A stretch of DNA of 64,000 nucleotides, from assembly GCA_019244185.1 (NCBI GenBank), contig JAFATB010000026.1:148175-212174 (forward strand). The letters are read 5' to 3'. The notes beneath the pieces are model-generated. The model saw nothing but the letters and a program-made list of their open reading frames with translations. It was not told the origin of the DNA and did no database searches. This DNA comes from Acidobacteriota bacterium. Its GTDB lineage: Bacteria > Acidobacteriota > Thermoanaerobaculia > Gp7-AA8. Position 1 is the stretch's first letter. Every line of letters starts with the position of its first letter. The position numbers and the translations under genes were made by a program. This document shows positions 18,090-27,954 of this stretch, piece by piece.

Positions 18090-20195
18090 ATGCGCGCGAA
18101 CTCTCGTCTCACATCATTGCTGCTCACGCTCGCGCTGCACGGCACCGTGCTGGTGCCGGCGCAGGCGCAGGCGATCCGTGCCGACGAGTCCGTGCAGGTC
18201 AACCTCGTGGAAGTGCCCGTCACCGTGCTCACGTCCGACGGGCAGCCGGTGCGCGATCTCACCAAAGACAACTTCGAGGTCTACGACCAGGGCCACAGGA
18301 AAGAGATCACGAACTTCGAGATGATCGACGTCGCGGCGCGTGTACACGAGCCGGCGCTCGAGCATGCCGAGATCAGCAGCGCGGCCGCGCGCAACTTCCT
18401 GATCCTCTTCGACCTCGGCAACTCCGAGCCGGCATCGCTCATCCGCGCGCGCGGCGCCGCGCACGAGTTCGTGAACCGGCAGGTGGTGCCGCGCGACCGC
18501 GTCGCCGTCGCCACCATCGCACCGCAGCAGGGCTTTCGCATCGTCGCGAATTTCTCCACCGATCGAAAGCTCGCGTCGTCGGCCATCGACGCGCTCGGCC
18601 TTCCGCAACTGCAGATGGCGGGCGATCCGCTGCTCATCACGGTCAAAGACCTCGGCCTCTGGCGCGACAACGCTCCCGCGCCGCCGAGCGATGGACGCCG
18701 CGTGAACCCCGAAGCGGAGGCGGAGGCGATCCTCAAGGAGACCGCGCAGCTGTCCCGCCATCAAGCCGATCAGGCGCAGCGTGAGTACGTGAAGCGGGAG
18801 CTCGAAGAGTTCTCCGCGATGGGCGCGGCGCTCGACCGCATTCCCGGCCGCAAGCAGGTCATCCTGCTCAGCGAAGGCTTCGATCCGAAAGTGCTGCAGG
18901 GACACGCGAACGCGCCGTCCGAGGAGACGCGCGCGGAGCAGGATGCCGCGGAGTCGGGCGAGATCTGGAAGATCGACAACGACGCGCGCTTCGGCAGCAG
19001 CTCGAGCCGCGGCGACCTCGGCGCGATGGTCGATGCGCTCCGCCGCTCCGACGTCGTGCTCAGTGCCATTGATATCAAAGGATTGCGCGGCAACACCGAC
19101 GCCACGGCCGTGAATCAGGGCAGCGTCACGAAGAGCAACGACGCGCTCTACCTCCTCACGAACGACACCGGCGGCATCGTCTTCCGCAACACGAACGATC
19201 TCGCAGGCAACTTCAGCCAGTGGCTGAAGTCGCAGGAAGTCACGTACGTGCTCGCGTTCAACGGCGCGACGACGCAGCCCGGCGCGTTCCACAACCTGCG
19301 CGTGAAGCTCGTCAACGCGCCGAAAGCGCGCGTGAGCTATCGCCCCGGCTACTACGAGCCGCGTCCGGTGACGTCGGACGTCGACCGCATGCTCACCGCG
19401 GGCGAGATCATCATGAACGCCATTCCGGTCGCCGACGTCAGCGTGCGCGCGCTGGCCGCGCCGATTCCGCGCAACGAACGCGCGGAAGTGCCGATCGTGG
19501 TCGAGACGGACGGCAACAGTCTGCTCGCGGGCGTCACCGGGCCGGCGGTGTTCGAAGAGTTCTACGTTTACGCGTTCGACGCCAAGGAGATCATCGCCGA
19601 CTACGCGCATCAGCGCATGAGTCTCGAGCTCGCGAAAGTGCGCGATCGCGTCGCGGCCGCGGGCGTGAAGCTCTACGCGACGCTCGACCTGCCACCCGGC
19701 GACTACAACGTGCGCGTGCTCGTCGTCGCGAACGGCTCGCGCAACGGCTTCACGAGCATCCCCGTGCATGTGCCGCGCGCGGACGAGCCGTATGCCGTCG
19801 GCGCGATCAACGATCCGCGCCCGTGGGTGATGGTGAAGGCGGCGGACAAGCAGCAGAACCGCGCGTATCCGTTCGCGCTCGGCGACAAGACGCTCGTCCC
19901 CGCGGCGCAGCCGTCGCTCGCGCGCGGCGCCACGTACGACGTCGAAGTCGTGACGCACGGCCTGAGCGCCGAGGGGTTGCAGGTCGAGGCGCACGTCGAG
20001 GATGCGGCGGGCAACGCGTCGCCGGCGACGCTGACGCTCGCCGGACGCACGAATCCCGACGAACAGGGGAACGTGAAGCTGTTGTTCAGGTTCGCGCCGC
20101 AACTGGCGAGCGGCCGGTACTCGCTCACGATCGCGCTGCACGGCGGCGCGAGCGCCGCGGCCGCGCACGTCCAATTGCCGTTCACCGTTCAGTAG
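18090..20195 (+). CDS. secreted VWA-domain protein, acidobacterial VWFA-related family, paralog 1
   Basis: AGGAGG RBS and signal peptide. N-terminal VQVNLVEVPVTVLTSDGQPVRDLTKDNFEVYDQGHRKEITNFE. VWA-like core FLILFDLGNS...VILLSEGFD...VVLSAIDIKG. Confidence 0.85.
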   Translation: MRANSRLTSLLLTLALHGTVLVPAQAQAIRADESVQVNLVEVPVTVLTSDGQPVRDLTKDNFEVYDQGHRKEITNFEMIDVAARVHEPALEHAEISSAAARNFLILFDLGNSEPASLIRARGAAHEFVNRQVVPRDRVAVATIAPQQGFRIVANFSTDRKLASSAIDALGLPQLQMAGDPLLITVKDLGLWRDNAPAPPSDGRRVNPEAEAEAILKETAQLSRHQADQAQREYVKRELEEFSAMGAALDRIPGRKQVILLSEGFDPKVLQGHANAPSEETRAEQDAAESGEIWKIDNDARFGSSSSRGDLGAMVDALRRSDVVLSAIDIKGLRGNTDATAVNQGSVTKSNDALYLLTNDTGGIVFRNTNDLAGNFSQWLKSQEVTYVLAFNGATTQPGAFHNLRVKLVNAPKARVSYRPGYYEPRPVTSDVDRMLTAGEIIMNAIPVADVSVRALAAPIPRNERAEVPIVVETDGNSLLAGVTGPAVFEEFYVYAFDAKEIIADYAHQRMSLELAKVRDRVAAAGVKLYATLDLPPGDYNVRVLVVANGSRNGFTSIPVHVPRADEPYAVGAINDPRPWVMVKAADKQQNRAYPFALGDKTLVPAAQPSLARGATYDVEVVTHGLSAEGLQVEAHVEDAAGNASPATLTLAGRTNPDEQGNVKLLFRFAPQLASGRYSLTIALHGGASAAAAHVQLPFTVQ

Positions 20196-20204
20196 GAGGA
20201 ATCG

Positions 20205-22337
20205 ATGCGAATCCAGTCACGCTGTTTCGCAGTCGCGTTGATCGCAGCAGTCGCTGTTGGAGCGCACGCGCAATCGTCGCATTCGACGGCGTCGGTCGAC
20301 GTGAACCTCGTGGAAGTGCCGGTCACGGTCACGACCGGTGACGGCCAGCCGGTGCGCGGCCTCACGAAGCGCAACTTCGAGGTCTACGACCAGGGGCATA
20401 AGAAAGAGATCACGAACTTCGAAGTCGTCGACGTCGCCTCCGTCGAGCCGGCGGTGCAGCAGGCCGGCGGCGCCGCGCGGCCCGCGGCCGGCGCGCGCAA
20501 CTTCATGCTGCTGTTCGACCTCGGCAACTCGCTGCCGTCATCGCTCGTGCGCGCGCGCACGGCGGCGCTGAACTTCATTCAGCATCAGCTGCTGCCCGGC
20601 GATCGCATCGCCGTCGCGACGATCGCTCCGCTGCAGGGCTTCCGGCTGCAGGCGAATTTCTCGACCGACCGCCAGCTCGCCGAGATCGCCATCCAGACGC
20701 TCGGCTCCGCGCAGTCGGGACATTCCGGCGATCCTCTGCTCCTGACGCGCGCCGACATCGCCGACCTCGCACCGGTCAACGGACGCAACGGCGCGAGCGA
20801 GCTGCCGACCAGCCGGACTGGACACAACGTCAAAACGCCCGACGTCGACATGGGCGCGCTCGCGGAAGAGAGCATCGTCGCGACGTCGCACATGACGCGC
20901 ACGGCGAGCGATCAGGCGCAGCGGCAGTACGTGCAGCGCCAGTTGCACGACTTCACGGCCATGGGCGACGCGCTCGACCGCGTGCAAGGCCGCAAGCAGG
21001 TGATCCTGCTCAGCGAAGGCTTCGATCCGAAAGCGCTGCAGGGACACGCGACCGGGACGGTGAATTCCGAGGAGGCGCAGGCGGAGCAGTCGGCGGCGGA
21101 GTCGGGCGAAATCTGGCGGATCGACAATGACGCGCGCTTCGGCAGCAGCTCGTCGCGCAGCGACCTCGGCGCCATGGTCGACGCGCTGCGGCGCGCTGAC
21201 GTCGTGCTCAACGCGATCGACATTCGCGGCCTGCGCGGCAACCTCGACGCGACCGCCGACGCGACGGTCGCTGGCGCGAACAACGACTCGCTCTTCCTGC
21301 TCACGAACGACACCGGCGGCGTCGTGTACCGCAACTCGAACGACCTGCAGTCGAACTTCGCGCAGCTCCTCAAGTCGCAGGAAGTCACGTACGTGCTCGC
21401 GTTCAACGGCGCGACGTCGGAGCCGGGCGCATTTCACAACCTGAAGGTCAAGCTCGTGAATGCGCCGAAAGCGCGCGTGAACTACCGCGTCGGCTACTAC
21501 GAGCCGCGTCCCGTGCTGTCGGACATGGACCGCCTGCTCTCCGCGAGCGAGATCCTCATGAACAGCGTGCCGATGCACGACGTCGACGTGCGCGCGCTGG
21601 CGACGGTCATCCCCGGCAGCGGGCCGCGCGCCGAGGTGCCGGTCGTCATCGAGACCGACGGCAAGGACCTGCTGTCGAACGCCGGCACGTCGGTCTTCGA
21701 AGAGATCTACGTCTACGCCTTCAATCAGGATCAGCTCATCTCCGACTACGCGCACCAGCGCATGAGCCTCGATCTCGCGAAAGTGCGCGACCGCATCGCC
21801 GCGGCGGGCGTGAAGCTCTACGCGACGCTCGACCTCGCGCCGGGCGACTATGACATCCGCGTGCTCGTCGTCGCCGACGGCACGCGCAACGGCTTCACCA
21901 GCACGCCGCTGCACGTGCCGCAGCCGAACGAGCCGTACGCGCTGGCCGCGATCAACGATCCGCGTCCGTGGCTGATGGTGAAAGCGGCCGACAAGCAGCA
22001 GGATCGCCCGTATCCGTTCGCGCTCGGCGAGAAGATGATCGTGCCCGCGGCACGGCCGTCGCTGTCGCGCGGCGCGCACGAGATCGCGCTGCTCGCGCAC
22101 GGCTTCGGCGTCGAGCCGCTGCAGGTCGACGCCGTCGTCGAAGACGCGTCGGGGAACCACATCCCGGTGACGCTGTCGCTCGTCGGCCGCACCGATCCCG
22201 ACGCGCAGGGGAACGTCAAGCTGCTTTACTCGTTCGCACCGCAGGTCGCGAACGGCCAGTACTCACTCGTCGCCACCTTGCGCAGCAGCGCCCATCCCGC
22301 GCCGCTGCGCGTCACGATGCCGTTCACGATGGAGTAG
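20205..22337 (+). CDS. secreted VWA-domain protein, paralog 2
   Basis: AGGAGGA RBS; starts 9 nt after paralog 1. Same architecture: VDVNLVEVPVTVTTGDGQPVRGLTKRNFEVYDQGHKKEITNFE; FMLLFDLGNS; VILLSEGFD. Confidence 0.85.
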   Translation: MRIQSRCFAVALIAAVAVGAHAQSSHSTASVDVNLVEVPVTVTTGDGQPVRGLTKRNFEVYDQGHKKEITNFEVVDVASVEPAVQQAGGAARPAAGARNFMLLFDLGNSLPSSLVRARTAALNFIQHQLLPGDRIAVATIAPLQGFRLQANFSTDRQLAEIAIQTLGSAQSGHSGDPLLLTRADIADLAPVNGRNGASELPTSRTGHNVKTPDVDMGALAEESIVATSHMTRTASDQAQRQYVQRQLHDFTAMGDALDRVQGRKQVILLSEGFDPKALQGHATGTVNSEEAQAEQSAAESGEIWRIDNDARFGSSSSRSDLGAMVDALRRADVVLNAIDIRGLRGNLDATADATVAGANNDSLFLLTNDTGGVVYRNSNDLQSNFAQLLKSQEVTYVLAFNGATSEPGAFHNLKVKLVNAPKARVNYRVGYYEPRPVLSDMDRLLSASEILMNSVPMHDVDVRALATVIPGSGPRAEVPVVIETDGKDLLSNAGTSVFEEIYVYAFNQDQLISDYAHQRMSLDLAKVRDRIAAAGVKLYATLDLAPGDYDIRVLVVADGTRNGFTSTPLHVPQPNEPYALAAINDPRPWLMVKAADKQQDRPYPFALGEKMIVPAARPSLSRGAHEIALLAHGFGVEPLQVDAVVEDASGNHIPVTLSLVGRTDPDAQGNVKLLYSFAPQVANGQYSLVATLRSSAHPAPLRVTMPFTME

Positions 22338-22345
22338 GACCGACC

Positions 22346-24427
22346 ATGAGAAAAAAGATCATCAGTGTCTCCACCGCGCTTCTTCTCACCGCAGTGACGT
22401 TGCCCGTGCAGCCGCAGGCAACGCGTTCCGATGCATCGATTCAGGTCAACCTCGTCGAGCTGCCGGTCACGGTCACGTCGACCAACGGCGATCCGGTGCG
22501 CGGCCTCACGAAGGAGAACTTCGAGATCTACGATCAGGGCCGCAAGCAGGACATCACGAACTTCGAGATGATCGACTTCGCCGACAGCGCGCAGCAGCAG
22601 CCGTCCGCGGCGACGGCCGAAGCCGCGCGCCCCGCGGCGGCGCGCAACTTCCTGTTGCTCTTCGACCTCGGCAACTCCAGTCCCACCGCGCTCGTGCGCG
22701 CGCGCAGCGCGGCGAGCGACTTCGTGAACAAGCAGGTGCTGCCGCACGACCGCGTCGCCGTGGCCACGATCGCACCGCAGCAGGGCTTTCAGCTGCACGC
22801 GAATTTCTCGACCGACCGCAAGCTCGCCACGTCGGCCATCGACACGCTCGGCCTCCCGCAACTGCAGCAGACCGGCGATCCGCTGCTCGTGACGATGAAG
22901 GAGCTCGGCGTCACCGACATCGTCCCCGCCGTGGGCGCCAACCAGAAAGAGGCGGTTGCGCTCGAAACGCTGCAGGGAATCTCGCTCGCGTCGCGCCGCG
23001 CCAATGATGCCGCGCAGCGCGAGTACGTCGACCGGCAGCTGCATGAATTCGCCTCGATGGGTGCGATGCTCGATCGCGTTCCGGGACGCAAGCAGGTCAT
23101 TCTGCTCAGCGAAGGGTTCGATCCGAAGGTGCTGCAGGGACACGGCAATGCGCCGTCCGAGGAAACGCGCGCGGAACAGGACGCCTCCGAGCGCGGCGAG
23201 ATCTGGAACATCAACAGCGAGGCGCGCTTCGGCAGCAGCTCGTCGCGTTCGAACCTCGGCGCGATGGTCGATTCACTGCGCCGCTCCGACGTCGTGCTCA
23301 ACGCGATCGACATCCAGGGACTGCGCGGCGGCACCGACGCGAAGTCGATCGGCACGTCGCAGGCGACCAGCAACGACTCGCTCTTCCTGCTCACGAACGA
23401 CACCGGCGGCACGGTGTTCCGCAACACGAACAATCTCGCCGGCAACTTCTCGCAGCTGCTCCGCACGCAGGAAGTCACGTATCTGCTCGCGTTCAACGGC
23501 GCGAGCACGAAGCCGGGGACGTTTCACAACCTGAAGGTGAAGCTCGTGAACGCGCCGAAAGCGCGCGTGAACTATCGCGTCGGCTACTACGAGCCGCACC
23601 CGATCGCGTCGGACATGGATCGCCTGCTCTCGGCCGGCGAGATCATGATGAACAGCATCCCGGTGGCGGACGTGAAGATGCACGTGCTCGCGACGCCGAT
23701 CCCGGCCGCGGACAAGGCGGAAGTCCCCGTCGTCGTCGAGACCGAGGGGTCGAGCCTGCTCGCGAACGTCACGACGCCGTCGGTGGCGGAGGAGTTCTAC
23801 GTCTACGCGTTCGACCCGAAAGGCACCATCGTCGACTTCGCGCATCAGCGCATGAACCTCGACCTCGCGAAAGTGCGCGACCGCATCGCCGCGAACGGCG
23901 TGAAGCTCTTCTCGACGCTCGACCTCCCGCCGGGCGACTACGACCTGCGCGTGCTCGTCATCGCCGCCGGCACGCGCAACAGCTTCCAGAGCGTGCCGCT
24001 GCATGTACCGGCCGCCACGGACGCATACGCGACCGCCGCGATCGCCGACCCGCAGCCGTGGCTCATGGTGCGCGCCGTCGACAAGAATCCGAATCGCGCG
24101 TATCCGTTCGCATTCGGCGAGAAAGTGCTCGTCCCCGCCGCGCGCGCATCGCTCGCGAACGGCCCGCACGATCTCGCCGTCGTCACGCACGGCTTCGGCG
24201 CCGATCCGGTGCGCGTGGACGCCCACGTCGAAGACGCGAACGGCAAGCAGAGCGCGGCCGCGCTGTCGCTCGTCGGACGGACGAGCGCCGACGAAGCGGG
24301 CAACGTGAAGCTGCTCTTCTCGTTCGCGCCGGACCTGCCGCACGGCGACTACGCGCTGGTGATGACGCTGCACGGCGACGCGCGCCCCGACGAGGCGCAC
24401 GTGCGGCTGCCGTTCAGCGTGGAGTAG
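22346..24427 (+). CDS. secreted VWA-domain protein, paralog 3
   Basis: ATG at 22346 lies 8 nt after paralog 2 (the track ORF 21968 begins inside paralog 2). MRKKIISVSTALLLTAVTLPVQPQA signal peptide. Same architecture as paralogs 1 and 2. Confidence 0.85.
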   Translation: MRKKIISVSTALLLTAVTLPVQPQATRSDASIQVNLVELPVTVTSTNGDPVRGLTKENFEIYDQGRKQDITNFEMIDFADSAQQQPSAATAEAARPAAARNFLLLFDLGNSSPTALVRARSAASDFVNKQVLPHDRVAVATIAPQQGFQLHANFSTDRKLATSAIDTLGLPQLQQTGDPLLVTMKELGVTDIVPAVGANQKEAVALETLQGISLASRRANDAAQREYVDRQLHEFASMGAMLDRVPGRKQVILLSEGFDPKVLQGHGNAPSEETRAEQDASERGEIWNINSEARFGSSSSRSNLGAMVDSLRRSDVVLNAIDIQGLRGGTDAKSIGTSQATSNDSLFLLTNDTGGTVFRNTNNLAGNFSQLLRTQEVTYLLAFNGASTKPGTFHNLKVKLVNAPKARVNYRVGYYEPHPIASDMDRLLSAGEIMMNSIPVADVKMHVLATPIPAADKAEVPVVVETEGSSLLANVTTPSVAEEFYVYAFDPKGTIVDFAHQRMNLDLAKVRDRIAANGVKLFSTLDLPPGDYDLRVLVIAAGTRNSFQSVPLHVPAATDAYATAAIADPQPWLMVRAVDKNPNRAYPFAFGEKVLVPAARASLANGPHDLAVVTHGFGADPVRVDAHVEDANGKQSAAALSLVGRTSADEAGNVKLLFSFAPDLPHGDYALVMTLHGDARPDEAHVRLPFSVE

Positions 24428-26092
24428 TCAGCGCAGAAATCCGCGCTCGCGCAACAGCGACACGATCCGCCGCGCGTTCTCCTCGGGACGCGCGCGGACC
24501 GTGTCGAGCGTGAGCTCCGGCGCGAGCGGCGGCTCGTACGGATCGTCGATCCCGGTAAAGTTCTTGACCAATCCGGCACGCGCCTGCGCGTACATCCCTT
24601 TGATGTCGCGCGACTCGCACACGTCGAGCGGCGTGTCGACGAAGATCTCGATGAAGCGATGCGCGCCGGCCAGCTCGCGCACGCGGTCGCGCGTCGCGCG
24701 GTACGGGCTCACCGCCGCGCAGACCGCGACGCCGCCGTGGCGCACCACTTCGCTCGCCACGTAGCCGATGCGCAGGATGTTCGTGTCGCGATCCTCTTTC
24801 GAGAAGCCGAGGCCTTTCGAGAGATGCGTGCGCACGACGTCGCCGTCGAGCACCGTCGCTTGTCGCCCGTGCTCGAGGAGCAGCGTGACGACGATGTCCG
24901 CCGTCGTCGACTTGCCCGCGCCGCTCAGCCCCGTGAACCAGAGGCAGAAGCCTTCGCGATATCGCGGCGGGTGTGCCTCCGCGAGAATCGCCGCGACCTC
25001 GGGACGCGTGAACCATTCCGGCAGCGGCTTGCCGGCGGCAAGGTAGTCCTCGCGCACCTGCGTTCCCGACAGCGACAGCGACGGCTTGTCCGACTGCTCC
25101 TCGTAGTGGCCGTCGACGTAGACGAGCTGGCGGAACGGCACCATCTTCACGCCGATCTCGGCTTCGTATTGGGCGACGAGCTGCTGCGCGTCGTACGGAC
25201 CGTAGAACGGCCCGGGACTGGCGTGATCGCGGCCGACGATGAAGTGGTTCGCGCCGAAGTTGCGGCGGATGATCGCGTGCCACAGCGCCTCGCGCGGTCC
25301 GGCCATGCGCATCGCCAGCGGCAGCAGCGAGAGCAGCACGCGATCGGGCTCGTAGTAGTGCTCGACGAGCGCCTTGTACGTGCGGACGCGCGTGTAGTGA
25401 TCGATGTCGCCCGGCTTCGTGAGCCCGACCACGGGATGCAGCAGCAGCACGCCGTCGGTCGCTTCAATCGCGCGATGCGTGAGCTCCTCGTGCGCGCGAT
25501 GCAGCGGATTCCGCGTCTGGAACGCGACGACGTTTTCGCGTCCACGTTCGGCGAGCAGCGCGCGCACGTCCGCAGGCGTGCGGCGCAGTTCGACGAAGTC
25601 GTAATGCGACGGCAGCCGCAACACGCGCAACGGTCCGCTGATCTGCAGCCGTCCCCAGCGATCCATCTCCGCCACGAGCGGATGTTTGCGATCGGTCGTG
25701 CCGAAGACTTTCTGCGCCGTCTCGTCGACGTCCCAGCCGTAGATCTCGTCGACGGTCATCACCGCGAGCAGTTCCTGCCGCGGGCTGCGCAGCGCGACGT
25801 CGTGATGCAGTGCGACCGGCGCGCTCGCGTCGACCGGCAGTGTCACCGGAATCGGGAACAGCGCGCCGCCGGCGAGACGCATCTCGTCGAGCACGCGTTG
25901 AAAGTCGGCCTGGCCGAGGAAGCGATCGAGCGGGGAGAAGGCGCCGGTGGCAAGGAGCTCGAGGTCGCACGTCGAACGTTCGCTGAGCTGCACCGACGGC
26001 AACGTCGCGGCATAACGCGCGAGCTCGGCGGCGGTCTCGGGCGGCTCGAGCAGGTTCACGAGAGTGCCGCCGTACGGAGAGATCAGTTCCAT
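24428..26092 (-). CDS. sat-cysC: bifunctional sulfate adenylyltransferase / adenylylsulfate kinase
   Basis: The N-terminal ATP-sulfurylase has the QTRNPLHRAHEELT and GANHFIVGRDHA motifs. The C-terminal APS kinase has the P-loop GLSGAGKST and LDGDVVR. Confidence 0.9.
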   Translation of the reverse strand: MELISPYGGTLVNLLEPPETAAELARYAATLPSVQLSERSTCDLELLATGAFSPLDRFLGQADFQRVLDEMRLAGGALFPIPVTLPVDASAPVALHHDVALRSPRQELLAVMTVDEIYGWDVDETAQKVFGTTDRKHPLVAEMDRWGRLQISGPLRVLRLPSHYDFVELRRTPADVRALLAERGRENVVAFQTRNPLHRAHEELTHRAIEATDGVLLLHPVVGLTKPGDIDHYTRVRTYKALVEHYYEPDRVLLSLLPLAMRMAGPREALWHAIIRRNFGANHFIVGRDHASPGPFYGPYDAQQLVAQYEAEIGVKMVPFRQLVYVDGHYEEQSDKPSLSLSGTQVREDYLAAGKPLPEWFTRPEVAAILAEAHPPRYREGFCLWFTGLSGAGKSTTADIVVTLLLEHGRQATVLDGDVVRTHLSKGLGFSKEDRDTNILRIGYVASEVVRHGGVAVCAAVSPYRATRDRVRELAGAHRFIEIFVDTPLDVCESRDIKGMYAQARAGLVKNFTGIDDPYEPPLAPELTLDTVRARPEENARRIVSLLRERGFLR

Positions 26093-26140
26093 GCGGCGCG
26101 CATTCTACGGTCTCGCGGCACCGCTTATACTCGCCCTCGC

Positions 26141-26839
26141 GTGGAATCGGATTTCGAGCAGCGACTCGGCTACACCTTTCAGCAGCGCGAGCTGCTGCGC
26201 CGCGCGCTGACGCACAAGTCGTATTCGCACGAAGCCAAAGACGACGCCGTGCGGCACAACGAGACCTTCGAGTTCCTCGGCGACTCCGTGCTCGGCTTCA
26301 TAGTCGGCGACCTGCTCTTCCATCAGTTCCCGGATCTCGACGAGGGCGCGCTCTCGAAGATGAAGGCGTTCCTCGTCAGCGCGCCGAGTCTCGCGAAGAA
26401 AGCGCGCGGCTACGGGATGGGCGAGGTCATGCTCCTCGGCGTCGGCGAGGAGAAGACCGGCGGCCGCAAGAAAGACTCGCTGCTCGCGAATCTCTTCGAG
26501 GCGATCGTCGCCGGGATCTACCTCGACGGCGGCATCGAGCCCGCGCGGCAGCTCATCGAGCGCTCGTTCCTCGACGACATCCGCTCCATCGACGAACAGG
26601 ACCTGCTCTTTCAGGACTACAAGACCGCGCTGCAGGAGCTCGCGCAGGGCAACGGCTTGCAGCTGCCGGAGTACAACGTCGTCGCCGAAGTCGGTCCCGA
26701 TCACGACAAGACGTTCGTCATCGAAGTGAAGGTCGGCAGCTTGACCGCGCGCGGCGAAGGCTCGTCGAAGAAAGAAGCGCAGCAGCAGGCGGCGCGGCTC
26801 GCGATGCGCGAATACGACGCGCGCCATTCCTCATCGTGA
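26141..26839 (+). CDS. rnc: ribonuclease III
   Basis: NETFEFLGDSVLG signature, FEAIVAGIYLDGG, and a C-terminal dsRBD (GPDHDKTFVIEV...GSSKKEAQQQAA). GTG start at 26141. Only the last third of track ORF 24659..26839 is real. Confidence 0.9.
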   Translation: MESDFEQRLGYTFQQRELLRRALTHKSYSHEAKDDAVRHNETFEFLGDSVLGFIVGDLLFHQFPDLDEGALSKMKAFLVSAPSLAKKARGYGMGEVMLLGVGEEKTGGRKKDSLLANLFEAIVAGIYLDGGIEPARQLIERSFLDDIRSIDEQDLLFQDYKTALQELAQGNGLQLPEYNVVAEVGPDHDKTFVIEVKVGSLTARGEGSSKKEAQQQAARLAMREYDARHSSS

Positions 26840-27954
26840 CGAAACGGCTCGCGGTCGCGCTCGCGGTGATGCTGCTGATGACCAGCGCGCACGCGCAGCG
26901 GAACGATCTCGAGCGCATCCGCGGCGAGATCACGCGTCTCCGCCAGCGTCTCGAAGACGTGCGGCGCGAGGCGGAGTCGGCGGCGCGCGAGCTCGAAGAA
27001 GCGGACCTGCAACTCGGCATCCGCACGCGCGAGCTCGAGCTGGCCGCGGCGGCGGAGGCGCAGCTCGACGCGCAGCAGCACGCCATCGAGACGCAGGTCG
27101 CCGAGCTCGTGCCGCGCATTGCGAAACAGAAAGCGGATCTGCGCCAGCGTCTCGTCGCGCTCTATCGCCTCGGCGGCCTCAGTTACCTGCGCATGCTCCT
27201 CGCGCTCGACGACGAGCGCAATCCGATCGAGGCGATGTCCATGCTCAGCTATCTCGTCTCGCGCGACGCGCGCTCCGTGTCGCGCTTTCAGGCGACCGGC
27301 GTGCAGCTCGCGGCGCAGAAGACGGCGCTCGCGGACAAGCAGAAGCGCCTGCACGAGACGCGCGTCCTCGTCGAGGAGCGGCGGCGCGCGGTGGCCGTCG
27401 CGGTGCAGCAGAAAGAGTCGGTGCTCGCGAAACTGCGCAGCGAGGAATCGGGCGCGCAGCAGCAGCTCGCGGTGCTCGAAGAGAAAGCGCGACGGCTGCA
27501 GCGGCTCGTCGACACGCTCGCGCAGCAGAAGCCCGGCATGCCGCCGTCGTTCGACATCCGCAGCGTGCAGGGCGCGCTCGCGTGGCCGGTCGACGGCACC
27601 GTCATCGAGCGCTTCGGACGGCAACGTAACCCGAAGTTTTCAACCTACACGATCAACAACGGCCTCAAGATTCAGGCGGCGCCCGGCACCGCCGTGCGCG
27701 CGGTTTTCCAGGGAACAGTTCTATTTACGCAGTGGTTCAAGGGATACGGAAACTTGATCATTCTCGATCACGGCAATCGCATCTTTTCGCTCTATGGAAA
27801 CCTCAAGGCGCCGATGGTTGCGGTGGGCGACCGGATCGCAACCGGCCAGCCGATTGCAGGAGTGGGCGAGAGTGAAGATGCCGGCGCCGGTTACCTGTAC
27901 TTCGAAATCCGGCAGGACAATCACCCTCAGGATCCTCAGAAGTGGCTGCGCTGA
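26836..27954 (+). CDS. M23 peptidase / murein hydrolase activator (EnvC-like, coiled coil plus LytM domain)
   Basis: GTGA overlap with rnc. Signal peptide and a long coiled coil. C-terminal GYGNLIILDHGNRIFSLYGNL...GYLYFEIR matches the M23/LytM fold. Confidence 0.8.
   Translation: MTKRLAVALAVMLLMTSAHAQRNDLERIRGEITRLRQRLEDVRREAESAARELEEADLQLGIRTRELELAAAAEAQLDAQQHAIETQVAELVPRIAKQKADLRQRLVALYRLGGLSYLRMLLALDDERNPIEAMSMLSYLVSRDARSVSRFQATGVQLAAQKTALADKQKRLHETRVLVEERRRAVAVAVQQKESVLAKLRSEESGAQQQLAVLEEKARRLQRLVDTLAQQKPGMPPSFDIRSVQGALAWPVDGTVIERFGRQRNPKFSTYTINNGLKIQAAPGTAVRAVFQGTVLFTQWFKGYGNLIILDHGNRIFSLYGNLKAPMVAVGDRIATGQPIAGVGESEDAGAGYLYFEIRQDNHPQDPQKWLR

Noticed and set aside
24659-26839. 726-aa ORF ending in RNase III, and similarly 29468..31384 (638 aa), 21968..24427 (819 aa), 33264..34673 (469 aa) and 12314..13594 (426 aa).
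   Set aside because: Only the C-terminal portions are protein-like. The N-terminal extensions run antisense to, or out of frame with, other solid genes and are Arg-rich. Starts were moved to internal ATG or GTG codons with an RBS or a signal peptide.
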